This document shows positions 28,539-40,543 of a stretch of DNA of 64,000 nucleotides, one piece after another. The stretch lies in IMG/VR virus record IMGVR_UViG_3300005253_000015, positions 47,457 through 111,456 of that record. The stretch is one strand, 5' to 3'. Under the pieces are notes generated by a model. It was not told the origin of the DNA. It saw only the letters and a list, made by a program, of their open reading frames with translations, and ran no database searches. Position 1 is the first letter of the stretch, and each line of letters starts with the position of its first letter. Both the position numbers and the translations under genes were made by a program. Source of the stretch: a virus.

Positions 28539-28996
28539 GATTAATTATGCCATTTAAACATAAAGCTTGGAAACTTCAAGAAGCACAAGCAGAGGAAAAA
28601 CGTCATGATATTTTAGACCAGCAATCTTTGGCTGAGAGCAATAAGGCAAGAGTAGCTGGAGCATTAGAGACAAAAAGAAATTGGCAACGTAATCAACAGT
28701 TAAAGACAGATAGAGAAGTTGCTGAAAGATTGGCTCGTGATAAAAGGGAGGCTGTACGAAAGGAAGAGAGAAAACGTAAGAAACATGATTCTAAATATTA
28801 CACAGATAAAAAAAGGTCTGAGAAAAATGTTGGTCGTCAAAGGGATGTGGGTATTACAGAGCATAGGTATCGTGGCGAGAGTAATCTACGACCACAACCA
28901 GCACCAAGAAGGAGAGCTATTCCTAAGTCCATAGAAGAAAGACGTGCTATTAATAGGAAGCAAGTCCATGATATGGGTATAAATGGTCAGCGTTAA
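28535..28996 (+). CDS. Highly basic coiled-coil protein
   Basis: Arg/Lys/Glu-rich; overlaps the previous stop. Confidence 0.6.
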   Translation: MRLIMPFKHKAWKLQEAQAEEKRHDILDQQSLAESNKARVAGALETKRNWQRNQQLKTDREVAERLARDKREAVRKEERKRKKHDSKYYTDKKRSEKNVGRQRDVGITEHRYRGESNLRPQPAPRRRAIPKSIEERRAINRKQVHDMGINGQR

Positions 28997-29448
28997 AAAG
29001 TAATGGAAAAATCTTTAGTTGGCTTATTTTCTATTTTAAAATCCATGAAGCAATTAGGGCATCTATAATGAAAATAGTCTGGGTCATCATTCTGAGAATG
29101 TAATGAAAATATTGATATCATACTACCATCTACTCCCTTACATTTAGGGCATATATATACACCATTTATTATAACTGGGTCATATTTATTTCCAGATAAA
29201 TCCTCGAATTGCTCCTCTTTATTAGTCCAATCTTCTTTCATAGTGGTATATCCAGCTGAAGCCAGTTCTGTTTTTATATCTGGAATATACATTCTCATTG
29301 AAACACTTTTTCTGTCTGTGGCACATACATATCTAAATATCACGAGTTTGTCATACCCTTCTTTATCACTAGCAATTACTGCTGGTTTGGATACCATCAT
29401 TGATTTACCACATTCGTTACACAAAATCTCTACTATTGGAAAAGTCAT
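28993..29448 (-). CDS. Zn-ribbon protein
   Basis: CNEC, CPKC, CPNC motifs. Confidence 0.55.
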   Translation of the reverse strand: MTFPIVEILCNECGKSMMVSKPAVIASDKEGYDKLVIFRYVCATDRKSVSMRMYIPDIKTELASAGYTTMKEDWTNKEEQFEDLSGNKYDPVIINGVYICPKCKGVDGSMISIFSLHSQNDDPDYFHYRCPNCFMDFKIENKPTKDFSITF

Positions 29449-31691
29449 GCTAACACCAATTTACCTCTATATATTTTTATCATTATTGGAAATTCTATGA
29501 TTCATCACCTTCTTTTTTGAAAGGTCGTTTAAACCATGTTTTTAATATAAAAGGTATTACATCATGCATATCAATAATATCTTCTTTCTTTATTTTTATT
29601 ATATATGTGCTATTACATGTAGTAGTTTTACCTAATAATGATATACTTATTTTACCACATTCATTTGTTGGATAATGAAAAACTTGTCCACATTTCTCAC
29701 AAGCATAATATTCTTCTTGATAATTCATATTATTTCTCAACAACTCCTTTTTTTAATCCTATTATTAATATAAATTTGAAAAGCTCTTTTATTGTAATAT
29801 CTCCAAAAGGAGAAAAATATATAAATTCAGATGTTAATTGATTAGCAATTATTTTAAAGTCTGCTGTTTTTATGAATATTTCCATTCCTATCATATTATC
29901 TTTTTCTATTTTAATAATATTTGTAGGAAGTATTTTGCTTTTATTAAGTAAATTAATGGTTTTGTCTAAAGCCTCTCTGTTTTCTTTTGTATCTGGAACA
30001 TACTCATTATATTTTTCATACCAAATACCATTTTCTTTCCATATTGAAATATCCCATCTCTCTGGTTGTATTATATCCATTTTTACATTACTCTGTTTCA
30101 ATCTTTTTCTTTAGTATTATTTCTAATCTATCTAACATTCTCATACTATTATTCCTAACCCCTTCATGCTCTTCTGCTTGAAAATAACCCCGAAGTTGAT
30201 TTATTATATTTTCTACTTCTTGCATATCATTTAAAACCATTTTTTACATCAACTCCCTTCTTTTTTTAAAATAACTATCTCTTTTTTTTATATTATCTGG
30301 ATGCCTACACCATTTTAAAGGATAGAAAACGTCTTCTTTATTACCAGTATAGTACCGACAGAAAAGACATACATCCTCTACATTTATCTCTCCCTCATGG
30401 ATAGGACATCCCGTAAATATTAAACTCATAATTCTATCTCTATTTTGTATGTTTCTTTTATAGGACACATTTTTTCAAAGCAAAAATAACAACACTGCCG
30501 ACCACAAGAACAGCAAATATCTCTATCTTTATTCCATATTGTACATATATTCATACAGCCCATTGATGCTGGTATAAGTTTAGTTATAACCGTTTTAACA
30601 CCACCCCTTTAAATCATAGTTTCCTTCTTCAATCCTATTTCTTAACAGTTTTATATAAGCAATCATCGCTTCATACTTAACTTTATCTTCATAATTTGGT
30701 GGTGGTATTGTATAGATTGACTTCAAACACACATCTGTATTTATATCAAGCCATTCTAATAACAGTTCTTTATTGAGACTCATTTTAATATTTACACCCT
30801 ATGCATATTGGTTTTTCTTTCCTTTTATTTGATAATTTCCAGCGAATCCACCATTTAAATGGCATAACAAGATTTATACCGCATATTCTACATTTTTCTT
30901 TTATATCCATTTTAATATTGTTCCTTCTTCTTTTTGTTTACTTCTTTCATAACAAATATCACAAATTCCATCCTTATTATTTTTTCTCATATTTCTTGGT
31001 AGACTCTCATAAGTAAGCCCACACTGTTTACAAGTAAATTCTATTGATTTAATCTTTATCTTTACTGTCATACCAATCCTCTATGTTTGATAACATATCA
31101 CATTCCCAACACTCAACTATTCCCCCAGTTAAATGTCTTTTAACAGATTCCTTTTTACATTTTGGACATGTTTCAGTCATTATTATTCCTTATTTACCTT
31201 TTTAAGTATTTTACCACAATAAGGGCAGTATTTAATTTCTGAAGTTTGACAATCAGTTGTACCACAATAATGTCCATGAATCTCCCACTTTCCAAAATAC
31301 CCTTTTTGTATAATATCCTCATCATAAGCATTTGTAAATTCTTTACAACAATATCCAGTCATTATTTATGTCTCTCCGTGAGTTTTTGAGTTCTTTATAT
31401 CCCAATCAATAACAATTACAGCATTACTATTGGGATATTCAAGTCTGATTTTTCTATGAAAATAAATGTTATGGTCTTTATTACATATCCAATACATTCT
31501 ACCGTGATTATAGTTAGTACACTTAATACAGTTATTAGAGAGCCTAAGTGTATTTATATAATCAATAACAGTCCTTTTAGAGTACGCATTTAGATAAACT
31601 TCGATTAGCTGTAATATGTCTCTTTTTATCTTATCAAACTCTTCCTTAGATATTATTTCATACAATGCTTTTTCATATTCGTTCTCGTTCA

Positions 31692-32609
31692 TTATTCCTT
31701 ACTCTCCTTTGTTATATTATTCATAAAGATACTTATTCCCTCATTAGATGTTGGTTTTTTATTGTCTTCTACTTGTCTTTTCATTTTTGTACCAAAATGA
31801 ACACCACAATAATTACAATAATTAGAACTAAACACTCTCTCTATCTCAGAACCGCAAAAACCACATACCTCATTATTCTTTAGAGTCTCTATCCAACTCT
31901 TATAGTTAGGGTCAAGTTTAGCTCGTATTTCATCATGCTCGATATTATTTTCATCCTTTACCCTAACGATATCCATAGGAGTGGGATTTAGATAAGCATT
32001 AAGCATATCCTTTATAACTGATATATCACTATTCTGTGAAGGGATTTTAATATCATTATTGACTTTTCTATCTGATTTTTTAAATAGATTTAATGCAGAT
32101 AAATGTGCTATTCTATATAGTATAGGTATAACATTAGCAGTAATAATATTTTTGTTATCATTGTAAACTCTAAATTCTATTCTACTATTTTCCCTTATTG
32201 ATATAATATTTTGAATATCAATAAATGTATGGGCTGGATTCTCACAATTATATACAAATGTAGAGCTAATCTTTGATTTAAGAACCCCTTCATGGTAGAA
32301 AGAAAAATCACTATTTATTCCCAAGTCTGTATCAGTAAACCACCCAAAATATACCCATGCATTACTTGCTGGTACTGATAACAGTTGTCTTGATTCTCCT
32401 ATATCACCTACAGAATTACTCATCTTAGGTTCATATGTATTCTCCCATGTAGAGCCGTTAATACCTACATCATCTAGCCTAATTGGTCTAAAACCAAAAC
32501 TCCCTTTTGTTTGATTAGCTCTTATCTCTGTCTCTATCACGGCTTCCTTTAGTATATCAATACATTGATTATACAAATTTGGATTTGAATTTAATAACAT
32601 TTCTAACAT
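31692..32609 (-). CDS. Beta-rich (jelly-roll candidate) domain fused to a C-terminal Zn ribbon
   Basis: GFRPIRLDDVG...WVYFGWF...IRENSRIEFRVYN; CGFC...CNYC. Confidence 0.5.
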   Translation of the reverse strand: MLEMLLNSNPNLYNQCIDILKEAVIETEIRANQTKGSFGFRPIRLDDVGINGSTWENTYEPKMSNSVGDIGESRQLLSVPASNAWVYFGWFTDTDLGINSDFSFYHEGVLKSKISSTFVYNCENPAHTFIDIQNIISIRENSRIEFRVYNDNKNIITANVIPILYRIAHLSALNLFKKSDRKVNNDIKIPSQNSDISVIKDMLNAYLNPTPMDIVRVKDENNIEHDEIRAKLDPNYKSWIETLKNNEVCGFCGSEIERVFSSNYCNYCGVHFGTKMKRQVEDNKKPTSNEGISIFMNNITKESKE

Positions 32610-33292
32610 TTTCTATCCCTCATTTATATCTATTAGTGAGTTTTTGAGTTCATAATTTCATAAATTCTTTTTCTAATTTACCGTCAAGATTTACTTCCAT
32701 TAACATATCATCCAATAGTCCAGATAAATGATTGCATATATATTTCTTCGATGCCCATTCCTCTGTTTTAAGATGCTCTGTGAGCTCTATTAATTGTTCT
32801 AATCTATTAACTAAATTTTTCTTTTTTATCATTATTCATCCTTAAATAAATCTGTATATATTTCTTTCATCACTTTATTTTCTTCTGTAGTTAAACCAAA
32901 TGGATTATCTGATTCATGATTTGGGTTTACTTCTATTAGTGAGTTTTTTAGTTCTTTATATTTCTCAAGCCTTTTTTTGTACATGTCATGCCAGAATATA
33001 TAACCAGCCTTAAATACATTATCGAGTCTTTTTTGTAGTCCTTTCTGTGCCTCTTGATGACTTATTCGATTCATCATATCTACTGGAATATCAGTACCAG
33101 CATAACTAAAATCTCTAGCCGTTATTTTATTCACCCTTTTCAATCTTTTCCACAAACTCATCAAGATATGTAAGGCATAGCTTTACTCCATATAGTTTAT
33201 CATAACCAGAACCATCAAAACTCTTAGGGTCAAACTTTATCTTCATTTCTTCAATCCATTCTTTTAATATTGTTATTTTAATTACTTCTGTT

Positions 33293-33760
33293 TTAACCAT
33301 TTATTATCCCTGCTTCTATATTTTTTTGTTTAATTTCTAGTAAATGTTTATTGGCTATATGCCTTCTTTCTTCTTTCCATTTCTTTTTTTGTTTAATATC
33401 TTTTTTAGGGATTGGTTTTAGGACTCTACTACCATGAGCTCTCATTTTTATACTATTATGGAGTTCACCTATTCCCCCACTTTTAGAAAATATCTTCATA
33501 TTATCTAATCTGGCTTGTTGATAAGGGGCTATATAGGCTTCTTTACCAGCCTTTATTCTCTCAATCACTTCTGGAGCTGCTTTATATGGAATGATAAGTT
33601 CTCTTTTTGTTTCTACTTGTTGTTGTATACTTCCAGTCGGAGAAAATAGATGCCAACGAATATAATCAGCAATTTTTAGATGAGCCTTGTTAGCTCTCTG
33701 TACTATTTTATCATACTCAGTACTGTTAAAGCCGACTGAGATTCTATTTTGGCGAACCAT
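33293..33760 (-). CDS. Ribbon-helix-helix protein
   Basis: RISVGFNSTEYDKIVQRANKAHLKIADYIR. Confidence 0.6.
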   Translation of the reverse strand: MVRQNRISVGFNSTEYDKIVQRANKAHLKIADYIRWHLFSPTGSIQQQVETKRELIIPYKAAPEVIERIKAGKEAYIAPYQQARLDNMKIFSKSGGIGELHNSIKMRAHGSRVLKPIPKKDIKQKKKWKEERRHIANKHLLEIKQKNIEAGIING

Positions 33761-34058
33761 GCTTTACAATACTCTTTATTATTTCTGTTGTTTTTCTTAT
33801 TCGCTGACCGCAATTTGTACAGTATTTAGAGAATGGTTCTACTATCTCCTTATGACATATCTTACATATAAGAGCATATTTAACTGATGGTATATCAGAT
33901 AAACCCTCTACTCCATTGCCACAGTTCGGACAGTAATGGTACTCTCCATGTAGCTTCATACCACATTGTACACATACTATACTTGTAGTAGAGCTAAGTC
34001 TGAGCTGTTCTAATTGCTCTTTAATCTCGGCTTGGGTTGGTATCGGTTTCTTCCACAT
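33744..34058 (-). CDS. Double zinc-ribbon protein
   Basis: CVQCG...YCPNCG and CKIC...YCTNCG. Confidence 0.75.
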   Translation of the reverse strand: MWKKPIPTQAEIKEQLEQLRLSSTTSIVCVQCGMKLHGEYHYCPNCGNGVEGLSDIPSVKYALICKICHKEIVEPFSKYCTNCGQRIRKTTEIIKSIVKHGSPK

Positions 34059-34455
34059 CTTTTTCTTCTTTAATATCTTGCATTTCGTTGATTTTATCTA
34101 CCACAGCCTTAAATGTTTTAGTTATAGTTTCCATATTGCTATCAAAAAGGCTAATCATATTTACTATAACCCATAAACTACCTACTACAGTGTCTTCTAG
34201 TTGACTTACTCTTTTTTTTAATTTCTTTACTTTTTTTTTTGATGATGCCACAATATCACCTATTTTTATCTAATTTATCTAATTTATCACTTAATTGTTT
34301 GATGGCAGTTGTGAATGTAGCCATCATATTTTTTACTGTAATTTGAAATTCTTTAACTGTTTTATCAAACATTTCATTAACGTGTTTTAGTTCCTTAATT
34401 GTGAGATTGTAGAGCCTATCGCTCATATCGTGTATAATGTCTATATCAATGGGGC

Positions 34456-34977
34456 TCATTTTAATACCTCGTCAACAAATTTCTTTTCTTTATTAATCTC
34501 CCGATATTCTATAAGGTCTCTATACTCCTCTTCGTAAGTTTCCCACCATTTATTGATAATCTTTCTAATTTGTTTTTTTTTAATATTCAGCTTTGTCGTA
34601 TATTTATATAATCTTAGCTTCTTTAGACCTGTATATGTGGCTTGTTCCTTTGTTATAGGCTCAGTACAGAACATAAGTGTAGTACCCATAGGAACTTCAT
34701 ATGCTCCAGCATCCCTTTGGATAAATGTTAATATATCATTGTTATTTGATATATCATTCATCAATGCAATTAATTTATCTAAGTTTTTTATTTGTAAAAT
34801 TATTTTAGTTTGTCCACTAGAATACCATCTATAAATTTTACGTTTTAAATCTATTGCATCATGTTGGTAAGCCATAAAAAACATTTTTGATATTACATGC
34901 CCAGCATGAACCATTAATTTTCCTACTGATGCTGGAAAATGTTGACTAACAACTATATATACTTTTAGGTCTCTCAT
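34456..34977 (-). CDS. pth2: Peptidyl-tRNA hydrolase, Pth2 family
   Basis: YIVV...GKLMVHAGH...W...GQTKIIL...RDAGAYEVPMGT...LRLY. Confidence 0.85.
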   Translation of the reverse strand: MRDLKVYIVVSQHFPASVGKLMVHAGHVISKMFFMAYQHDAIDLKRKIYRWYSSGQTKIILQIKNLDKLIALMNDISNNNDILTFIQRDAGAYEVPMGTTLMFCTEPITKEQATYTGLKKLRLYKYTTKLNIKKKQIRKIINKWWETYEEEYRDLIEYREINKEKKFVDEVLK

Positions 34978-35996
34978 CTTATCATCTCTAATAATTTTTT
35001 TATATCTTCTTTATTTAAATTATATCCCCAAATATGGTCATACTTATAATTCTGAGTATTCTTTAGATTCTTTATAAAACATTCAAAACTACAGAAGTCA
35101 AACTTCCAATCATCTCTACCCATATGGCTATTACACTCTGGTTGTTCCTCTTTAACCATTCTCATAGTGTATCTCCAACTATCTGAATCTTTTGGGATTT
35201 CCTTATCACAACAGTCGCATAGTGTAATATACTCCTCTTTGAACGTGACTTTCTTACATTTATCACATACTTCTTTCTCTCTTAATACTTCATGCATAAT
35301 TTTTATCCCTCTTGATTTTTGTCATATCAATAATTCCAACGGTATCCCAATCATGTTTCTTATTTCCAGTAAAATCTAAAAAAAACATCCAACAATTAGG
35401 TTTTATATTCTTAATAAATTTAGTGTCATTATATTTGTCAATATATAGTCTATTGATTTTTTGTTGTTCGTATTGATGAATAGCTGCTTGTAGTAAAAAC
35501 TTAAAACTGTAAGACATTAAAGATGGAAAAGTCCCTACTCCTATTTCACGACTCCATAATTCATAATGTATTGATGGTCTAGTGTCTATTAATTTGCCTA
35601 AAGGCTTTGTAATCATCCAATCTGGTACTGAGTCGGTGTTATGTATACCAACATTATGACTATTCTTATCATTCTCTAATTTCATATGAACTAACTCAAC
35701 TATTTTAATCTTTAAGCATTTTGAACATTTATATGTTATAGGTAAATTCTTATCATTGGGTACAGTAACCCATTCATGTTTACAAGGTGGCTTCGAGTCG
35801 GTCATTTTATCTATTGCTTCATATACTCCATCTTCAAATTTCTTATCTGTTATTTTCTCGCCATCTTTTATCTTTTCTAATTCTTTTATTATTTCTTCTG
35901 TTGACCAAATTAATTGAAGTTGGGTTTTGAAGAATTCTATTGACTCATCATTTATACTAGGCTTTAATGTTTTACTTAACTCTTTTTTGTTCATAA

Positions 35997-36404
35997 TCAC
36001 ACCTCAAAATAGTTTACTGGTAATAATTTTTGATTATATTTTAGAACATTTTTAATAGTTTGTGCTGTACCATCTGGTAATGATACTAATAATTCGGGCA
36101 TAAATACCTCTTGTAGTGTGAATAGCCCAAAATCTACTGCTTCTAAACGTGATTTTAAATGCCAATAGAAAGCCCTAAATTTCTGACGAGCAAATTGAGG
36201 ATTATCTGGTGTTATTATTTCAAATTGAAAGGCATATTTCTTACCATTATTTTCTAGGGCAAATACTAATCTGAATATCTCTCCATATTCCGTAATTTGA
36301 ATACCAATTAAATTATATTTACGTAATAATTCCTTTATTTTTGCAATTGTATCTCTAATAGATACTTTAGTCCCATAATAGGGAAGTTTATTTGGTTTCT
36401 TCAT
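35997..36404 (-). CDS. Conserved viral hypothetical protein
   Basis: YYGTKVSIRDTIAKIKELLRKY...RAFYWHLKSRLEAVDFG; pattern familiar from phage proteins, function unknown. Confidence 0.55.
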   Translation of the reverse strand: MKKPNKLPYYGTKVSIRDTIAKIKELLRKYNLIGIQITEYGEIFRLVFALENNGKKYAFQFEIITPDNPQFARQKFRAFYWHLKSRLEAVDFGLFTLQEVFMPELLVSLPDGTAQTIKNVLKYNQKLLPVNYFEV

Positions 36405-38119
36405 TTTCTTATTATCTTAAGCTTTCCTTTCATTACAATTTTTACTAATTCTGTGAAATATTCTCGTGTATCTGAGTCTAATAGGAGATACATTTCATCA
36501 TAATCAATTCTATCTTTAATCTTCATCATATTTATGAAGTCTGCCATAATTCTGCTGGTTTTGTCGGTATTATAGTTACTCTTTTCAATAACGGCACTTC
36601 CAGCTGCCCATATTATTATTGTCAAATCGGGGGGATATATTTTATTTTTCTTAGCCCACTCTGCTACATCTCTTAATGGATTATTCTTTATTATCCTTCG
36701 CCTCTTTCATTTCCTTTCTATATTCCTCTTCCATAGCTTTATTGAGTCCCTCTATCTCTTCTTCTTGGTTTCTCCTATTTGTCCAATAATTCTCTTCTTT
36801 CTGTAAGAATTCTTTTTTCCATTCCATATCTTTATCCCATCTTATTTCTAATGCGATACGCCCATTTTCCTCTATACGATAAAATGTTTTTTTATAGTGT
36901 TTAATATGCATACCACATTTAGGGCATTTTGTATAGAAATGGTCTTCGTCTACTTGATATGGTTCGTTCCAACGCTTCATAAGTATATTACAATCACCAC
37001 ATATAACATTTATGGCGTTTACATTAAATCGTTTCTTTCGCTTAGGGTTATTACTCATATATGTTGACCATTTTTCTCAAACATTTCTGATATAATTTTA
37101 AATACTATTGGGATATTTTTTATTAGATTTTCTAAACATTCTTCTTCTTTTCCATAAAGACAAGTTCCATCCCAGTTTGAATTTGAGCATGGAGTACACA
37201 TTCTATTATACCAATAAACTAAATCAGTTTTATGTTTATTACCTACCTTTATCCAAATTCTTGTATCATCATCAGACATATTATTTACCCTTTTTTGCTT
37301 GTTTCCATTCTTTATAGTCTTCTTTTTTTAATAATCTTAAAGTTGCTTGACTACCACAAGACTGACAGTTAGGTGATACTTTGTAATGGAGAGTATTACA
37401 TTTTCGACATATATATTGATATGTTAGCTTCCACATCTTATAACTCATTATTTTTGGGCTCAAAATTCAATCACCTTAGCTCTTCCAGTTTTATGCTTAT
37501 TTTCATATTTCTTAAAATCATGGCATTGTTTTGTACAGAATCCTTTTAGTTTAGAATACTTATCATTTTTCATTTTAACGTAATGTTTACACCTATCAAT
37601 ACAGCGTTCCTCTAAACCTTTCCAACAATCGGGCATATCATCAACCTCTCCCCTACAATATGTTCGGTCTAATATTCGTAATGTGCCAACTCCACCTGAC
37701 TTATCTCCAAGAATGGAGTTTACCTTCTCCTCATTCCAACAAGCTACAAATACATCTCTAAGAGGTCTAATCCATTTACATGGTAATCGTGGGAAGTCTT
37801 CTAATATATGTATCGTTTCTCTCTTTGCTTCCCTTTCTTTTCTCCACACATCATATTCTTTTGTCATAACTGGTGGAGTATATTTATCTGCTTCAGTCAT
37901 TTATCAAATTCCCATGTTTTTGTTATTTCTTTATATTCTGGGCTATTCTGTATATAGTATTCGGGTGAATTCATATTAATTTTAATGTAATTCCATAGAA
38001 AGAAAGCATCACTAAATAATTTTTTAAAGGTCTCTTCTAATTCTCGGTATTTTTGTATTGCTTCAGCTTTATCTATTTTTAAATTCTCTATTTCAGACAT
38101 TAATTAATAATATTTCATT

Positions 38120-38134
38120 TGTTAACTTTATAAA
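38120..38134 (-). promoter_or_regulatory. Conserved promoter motif TTTATAAAGTTAACA (copy 2)
   Basis: Upstream of 37897..38100; a second GTTAAC lies at 38140..38145. Confidence 0.65.
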
Positions 38135-38178
38135 CTTTTGTTAACATTTAAAAATTTTAATGGGATATAATTCTTATA

Positions 38179-38469
38179 ATGACTGATTTAGATGATTTTT
38201 TAGATAAAACTCATATGAATTTGGGAAATAAGTATGTTCTTAATGATTGCCATAAGATTTTAAGAATAATAAAGGGACATCAATACAGAAAGAAGCATAT
38301 AAGAAAGAGACTAAAGACGAGTAGGTTCTTAACTGAATGGTATATTGACGGTCTTATGATGTTTGGATTATTATATAATTTCTATATTAAAAACTCCTTT
38401 AAAAGTAGATATAGTTATTATGAATTAAGCAAGATAGGAAATCTATACGTAAAAAAATTCGATATATAA
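38179..38469 (+). CDS. Winged-helix-like protein
   Basis: KILRII...YYELSKIG wHTH-type ending. Confidence 0.5.
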   Translation: MTDLDDFLDKTHMNLGNKYVLNDCHKILRIIKGHQYRKKHIRKRLKTSRFLTEWYIDGLMMFGLLYNFYIKNSFKSRYSYYELSKIGNLYVKKFDI

Positions 38470-38471
38470 AA

Positions 38472-38546
38472 TTGCGGATATTCGATTTGAACGAATAACT
38501 TCGAGATTATGGGTCTCGTGGCATAACCAGATTAGCCTAATCCGCA
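38472..38546 (-). tRNA. tRNA with CAU anticodon, initiator-like Met but atypical
   Basis: Cloverleaf TGCGGAT/ATCCGCA, D arm GGC..GCC, CGAGA-CCCATAA-TCTCG, ATTCG-TTCAAAT-CGAAT; discriminator A; no encoded CCA; no intron. Confidence 0.88.
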
Positions 38547-38567
38547 TTAAAATAAAAGTAGTATGAC

Positions 38568-38600
38568 GGCTCAGAGACAAAGGGGTATCTCTTCATAGCC
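38568..38600 (-). promoter_or_regulatory. Kink-turn hairpin (candidate L7Ae site)
   Basis: GGC-UAU-GA-AGAGAUA-CCCCUU-UGUCUCU-GA-GCC. Confidence 0.5.
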
Positions 38601-38620
38601 TTTAAGTGTTATTAATATGT

Positions 38621-38965
38621 TTATGATACTATGCTTGGAAGTATATCCGAATCATCCTCTCCCTCAGATTCGTCTTCTTCATCAGTTTCTTCTCCTTCAG
38701 CTTCCTTTTCTATTATCTCTTCAACTTTTTCTAATATTGATGCTTTATCTGCTGAATACAAAAATATTTGTGAACTTGCTTCATCGAAGAATGATTTATC
38801 TTCATCAAGACTTAAACCAGCTTCTTTAGCTGCTGCCATGATTGTATTAAAGACATCCTTACTTCCTTCGGCTACTTCAGCTCTTACCATATAATATCCC
38901 TTGGTAATAACATCCTTATTAACAGCATAACCACTATCAGTTAGAAATTTTCCTATTTTTGACAT
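38621..38965 (-). CDS. Acidic-tailed hypothetical protein
   Basis: C-terminal EAEGEETDEEDESEGEDD; own TATA-like element. Confidence 0.65.
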   Translation of the reverse strand: MSKIGKFLTDSGYAVNKDVITKGYYMVRAEVAEGSKDVFNTIMAAAKEAGLSLDEDKSFFDEASSQIFLYSADKASILEKVEEIIEKEAEGEETDEEDESEGEDDSDILPSIVS

Positions 38966-40207
38966 TTTTTTCTACCTAATTTTTTATTTATAATTTAAAA
39001 TTGTATATCAACTTAATAAGTTTTTTGTAAAGAAGGAGTGAAAAGAGATAAAAATACCATTTTAAATAGTGTGGAAGGATTAGAAGTAAATCATGTTAAA
39101 ATGTATATTATTTGATTTTTAATAGTATATTATCTCTAAAGGGGTTGTTAATAAAAAAAGGGTTAATAGAATATTTAAATATTTGCGTTAGATTTTGGTT
39201 TGTCTTCAGTTTTATTTTTACCTATGACCGCTTTCATTATATTCTCCGCTGTTTTTAGAACGATATTACTATCCTTATTTAACTCATTATCACAACATTT
39301 CTCGAAGTTATCACTACCTAAACCCTCAGTTGTGGCACACTTTTTAAATATATTAGTGTATGAGGTCTTATTTTCTTTTTTTTCTGACATATTATTCATT
39401 ACTTAATTTTTCTTTTAATTTTGCTATCTCATCTTTTAAATGTTGTTTTTTCTCTTTCTTTCCTTCTCTGAGCTCTTTACGCATTATATTACCTGCCATT
39501 TTAAGTATGCGTTTCTTCATTTTACCCATAATAATCTCTTCATAGAGATGTTTTATTTCAATATTAGTTAGGGTATTAATATTGGCGGCAGCGTACTTCA
39601 CTCGTTCATTAAAAGTTCTTTCGGAGCTTAGCATATCTTCTTTTTCCATAAGTATATTTATTCCTCGTTTTTTTTTTGTTCATTATCTATTTTTTTGACA
39701 GTTGAACCATCATTAGAGTAGTATATATCTTCTGATGTCGTATTATTTTTACTTGGTGCTTTAGTTGTTTCTGCATCCCATCCATATGGCTCACCACTAT
39801 TGTTATAATGAATCTTATCAATATCGACAGCAGTTCCTTGTTCATAATCGTTTATTCTTATGGGAGCAGTACCAGTATTCAAGTCTGGTTTAGCATTTGG
39901 GTCTATATTAACTTGTACTTTTTCTTGAGGTATTCTTTTAATTAACTCAAATATAGATTGTATTAATAATGCGATATCTCCATCTTCTAGTTTTATGCTA
40001 ATATTTATTTCCATAGTCATTATATTATATTCTCATTCCATTATATAATTTTTTCGATAGTTATAGTTAATTTTTTAGTGCCCGAATCATGTATAATTTT
40101 CATCATATCACCACTAATTTTCTTTTCTAACTCCTCAAATGAATCATACGCAAAACTTTGTGTAAAGTCCATACCTTCACCAATCCGAAAGTAATGTATT
40201 AAGAATT

Positions 40208-40543
40208 TCATGATTTAGCTCCTTTACGATGAATGTGCCCATGACAGGCAACACATATAGTTATTAGAAAGTCTGGATGTAAACAAATCTCTGGAAATAC
40301 TCTCAAGCTTCTTATATGATGTACATAATTGGCGTATTTATCACCACAGAATCTACATATAAAGTTGTCTCTTTTTAATATCTCAGCAGACCTAATTCCC
40401 CATTCTAATGTTGAATAGAAACCATTTGCGAATTCATTGATTCCACGAAACTCATCTTGTATCTCCTCAAGAGTATATCCCAATACTGATACACAACTAT
40501 CCATTAATAGCTCTTGTGCCTTATCACTAACAGTCATTATCAT
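40208..40543 (-). CDS. HNH endonuclease (McrA-like)
   Basis: W...ILKRDNFICRFCG...VHHI...LITICVACHGHIH. Confidence 0.88.
   Translation of the reverse strand: MIMTVSDKAQELLMDSCVSVLGYTLEEIQDEFRGINEFANGFYSTLEWGIRSAEILKRDNFICRFCGDKYANYVHHIRSLRVFPEICLHPDFLITICVACHGHIHRKGAKS

Noticed and set aside
38568-38600. SECIS element (AUGA...GA core)
   Set aside because: Upper stem is only 7 bp with no apical AA, and the upstream gene has no in-frame TGA; a plain K-turn fits better
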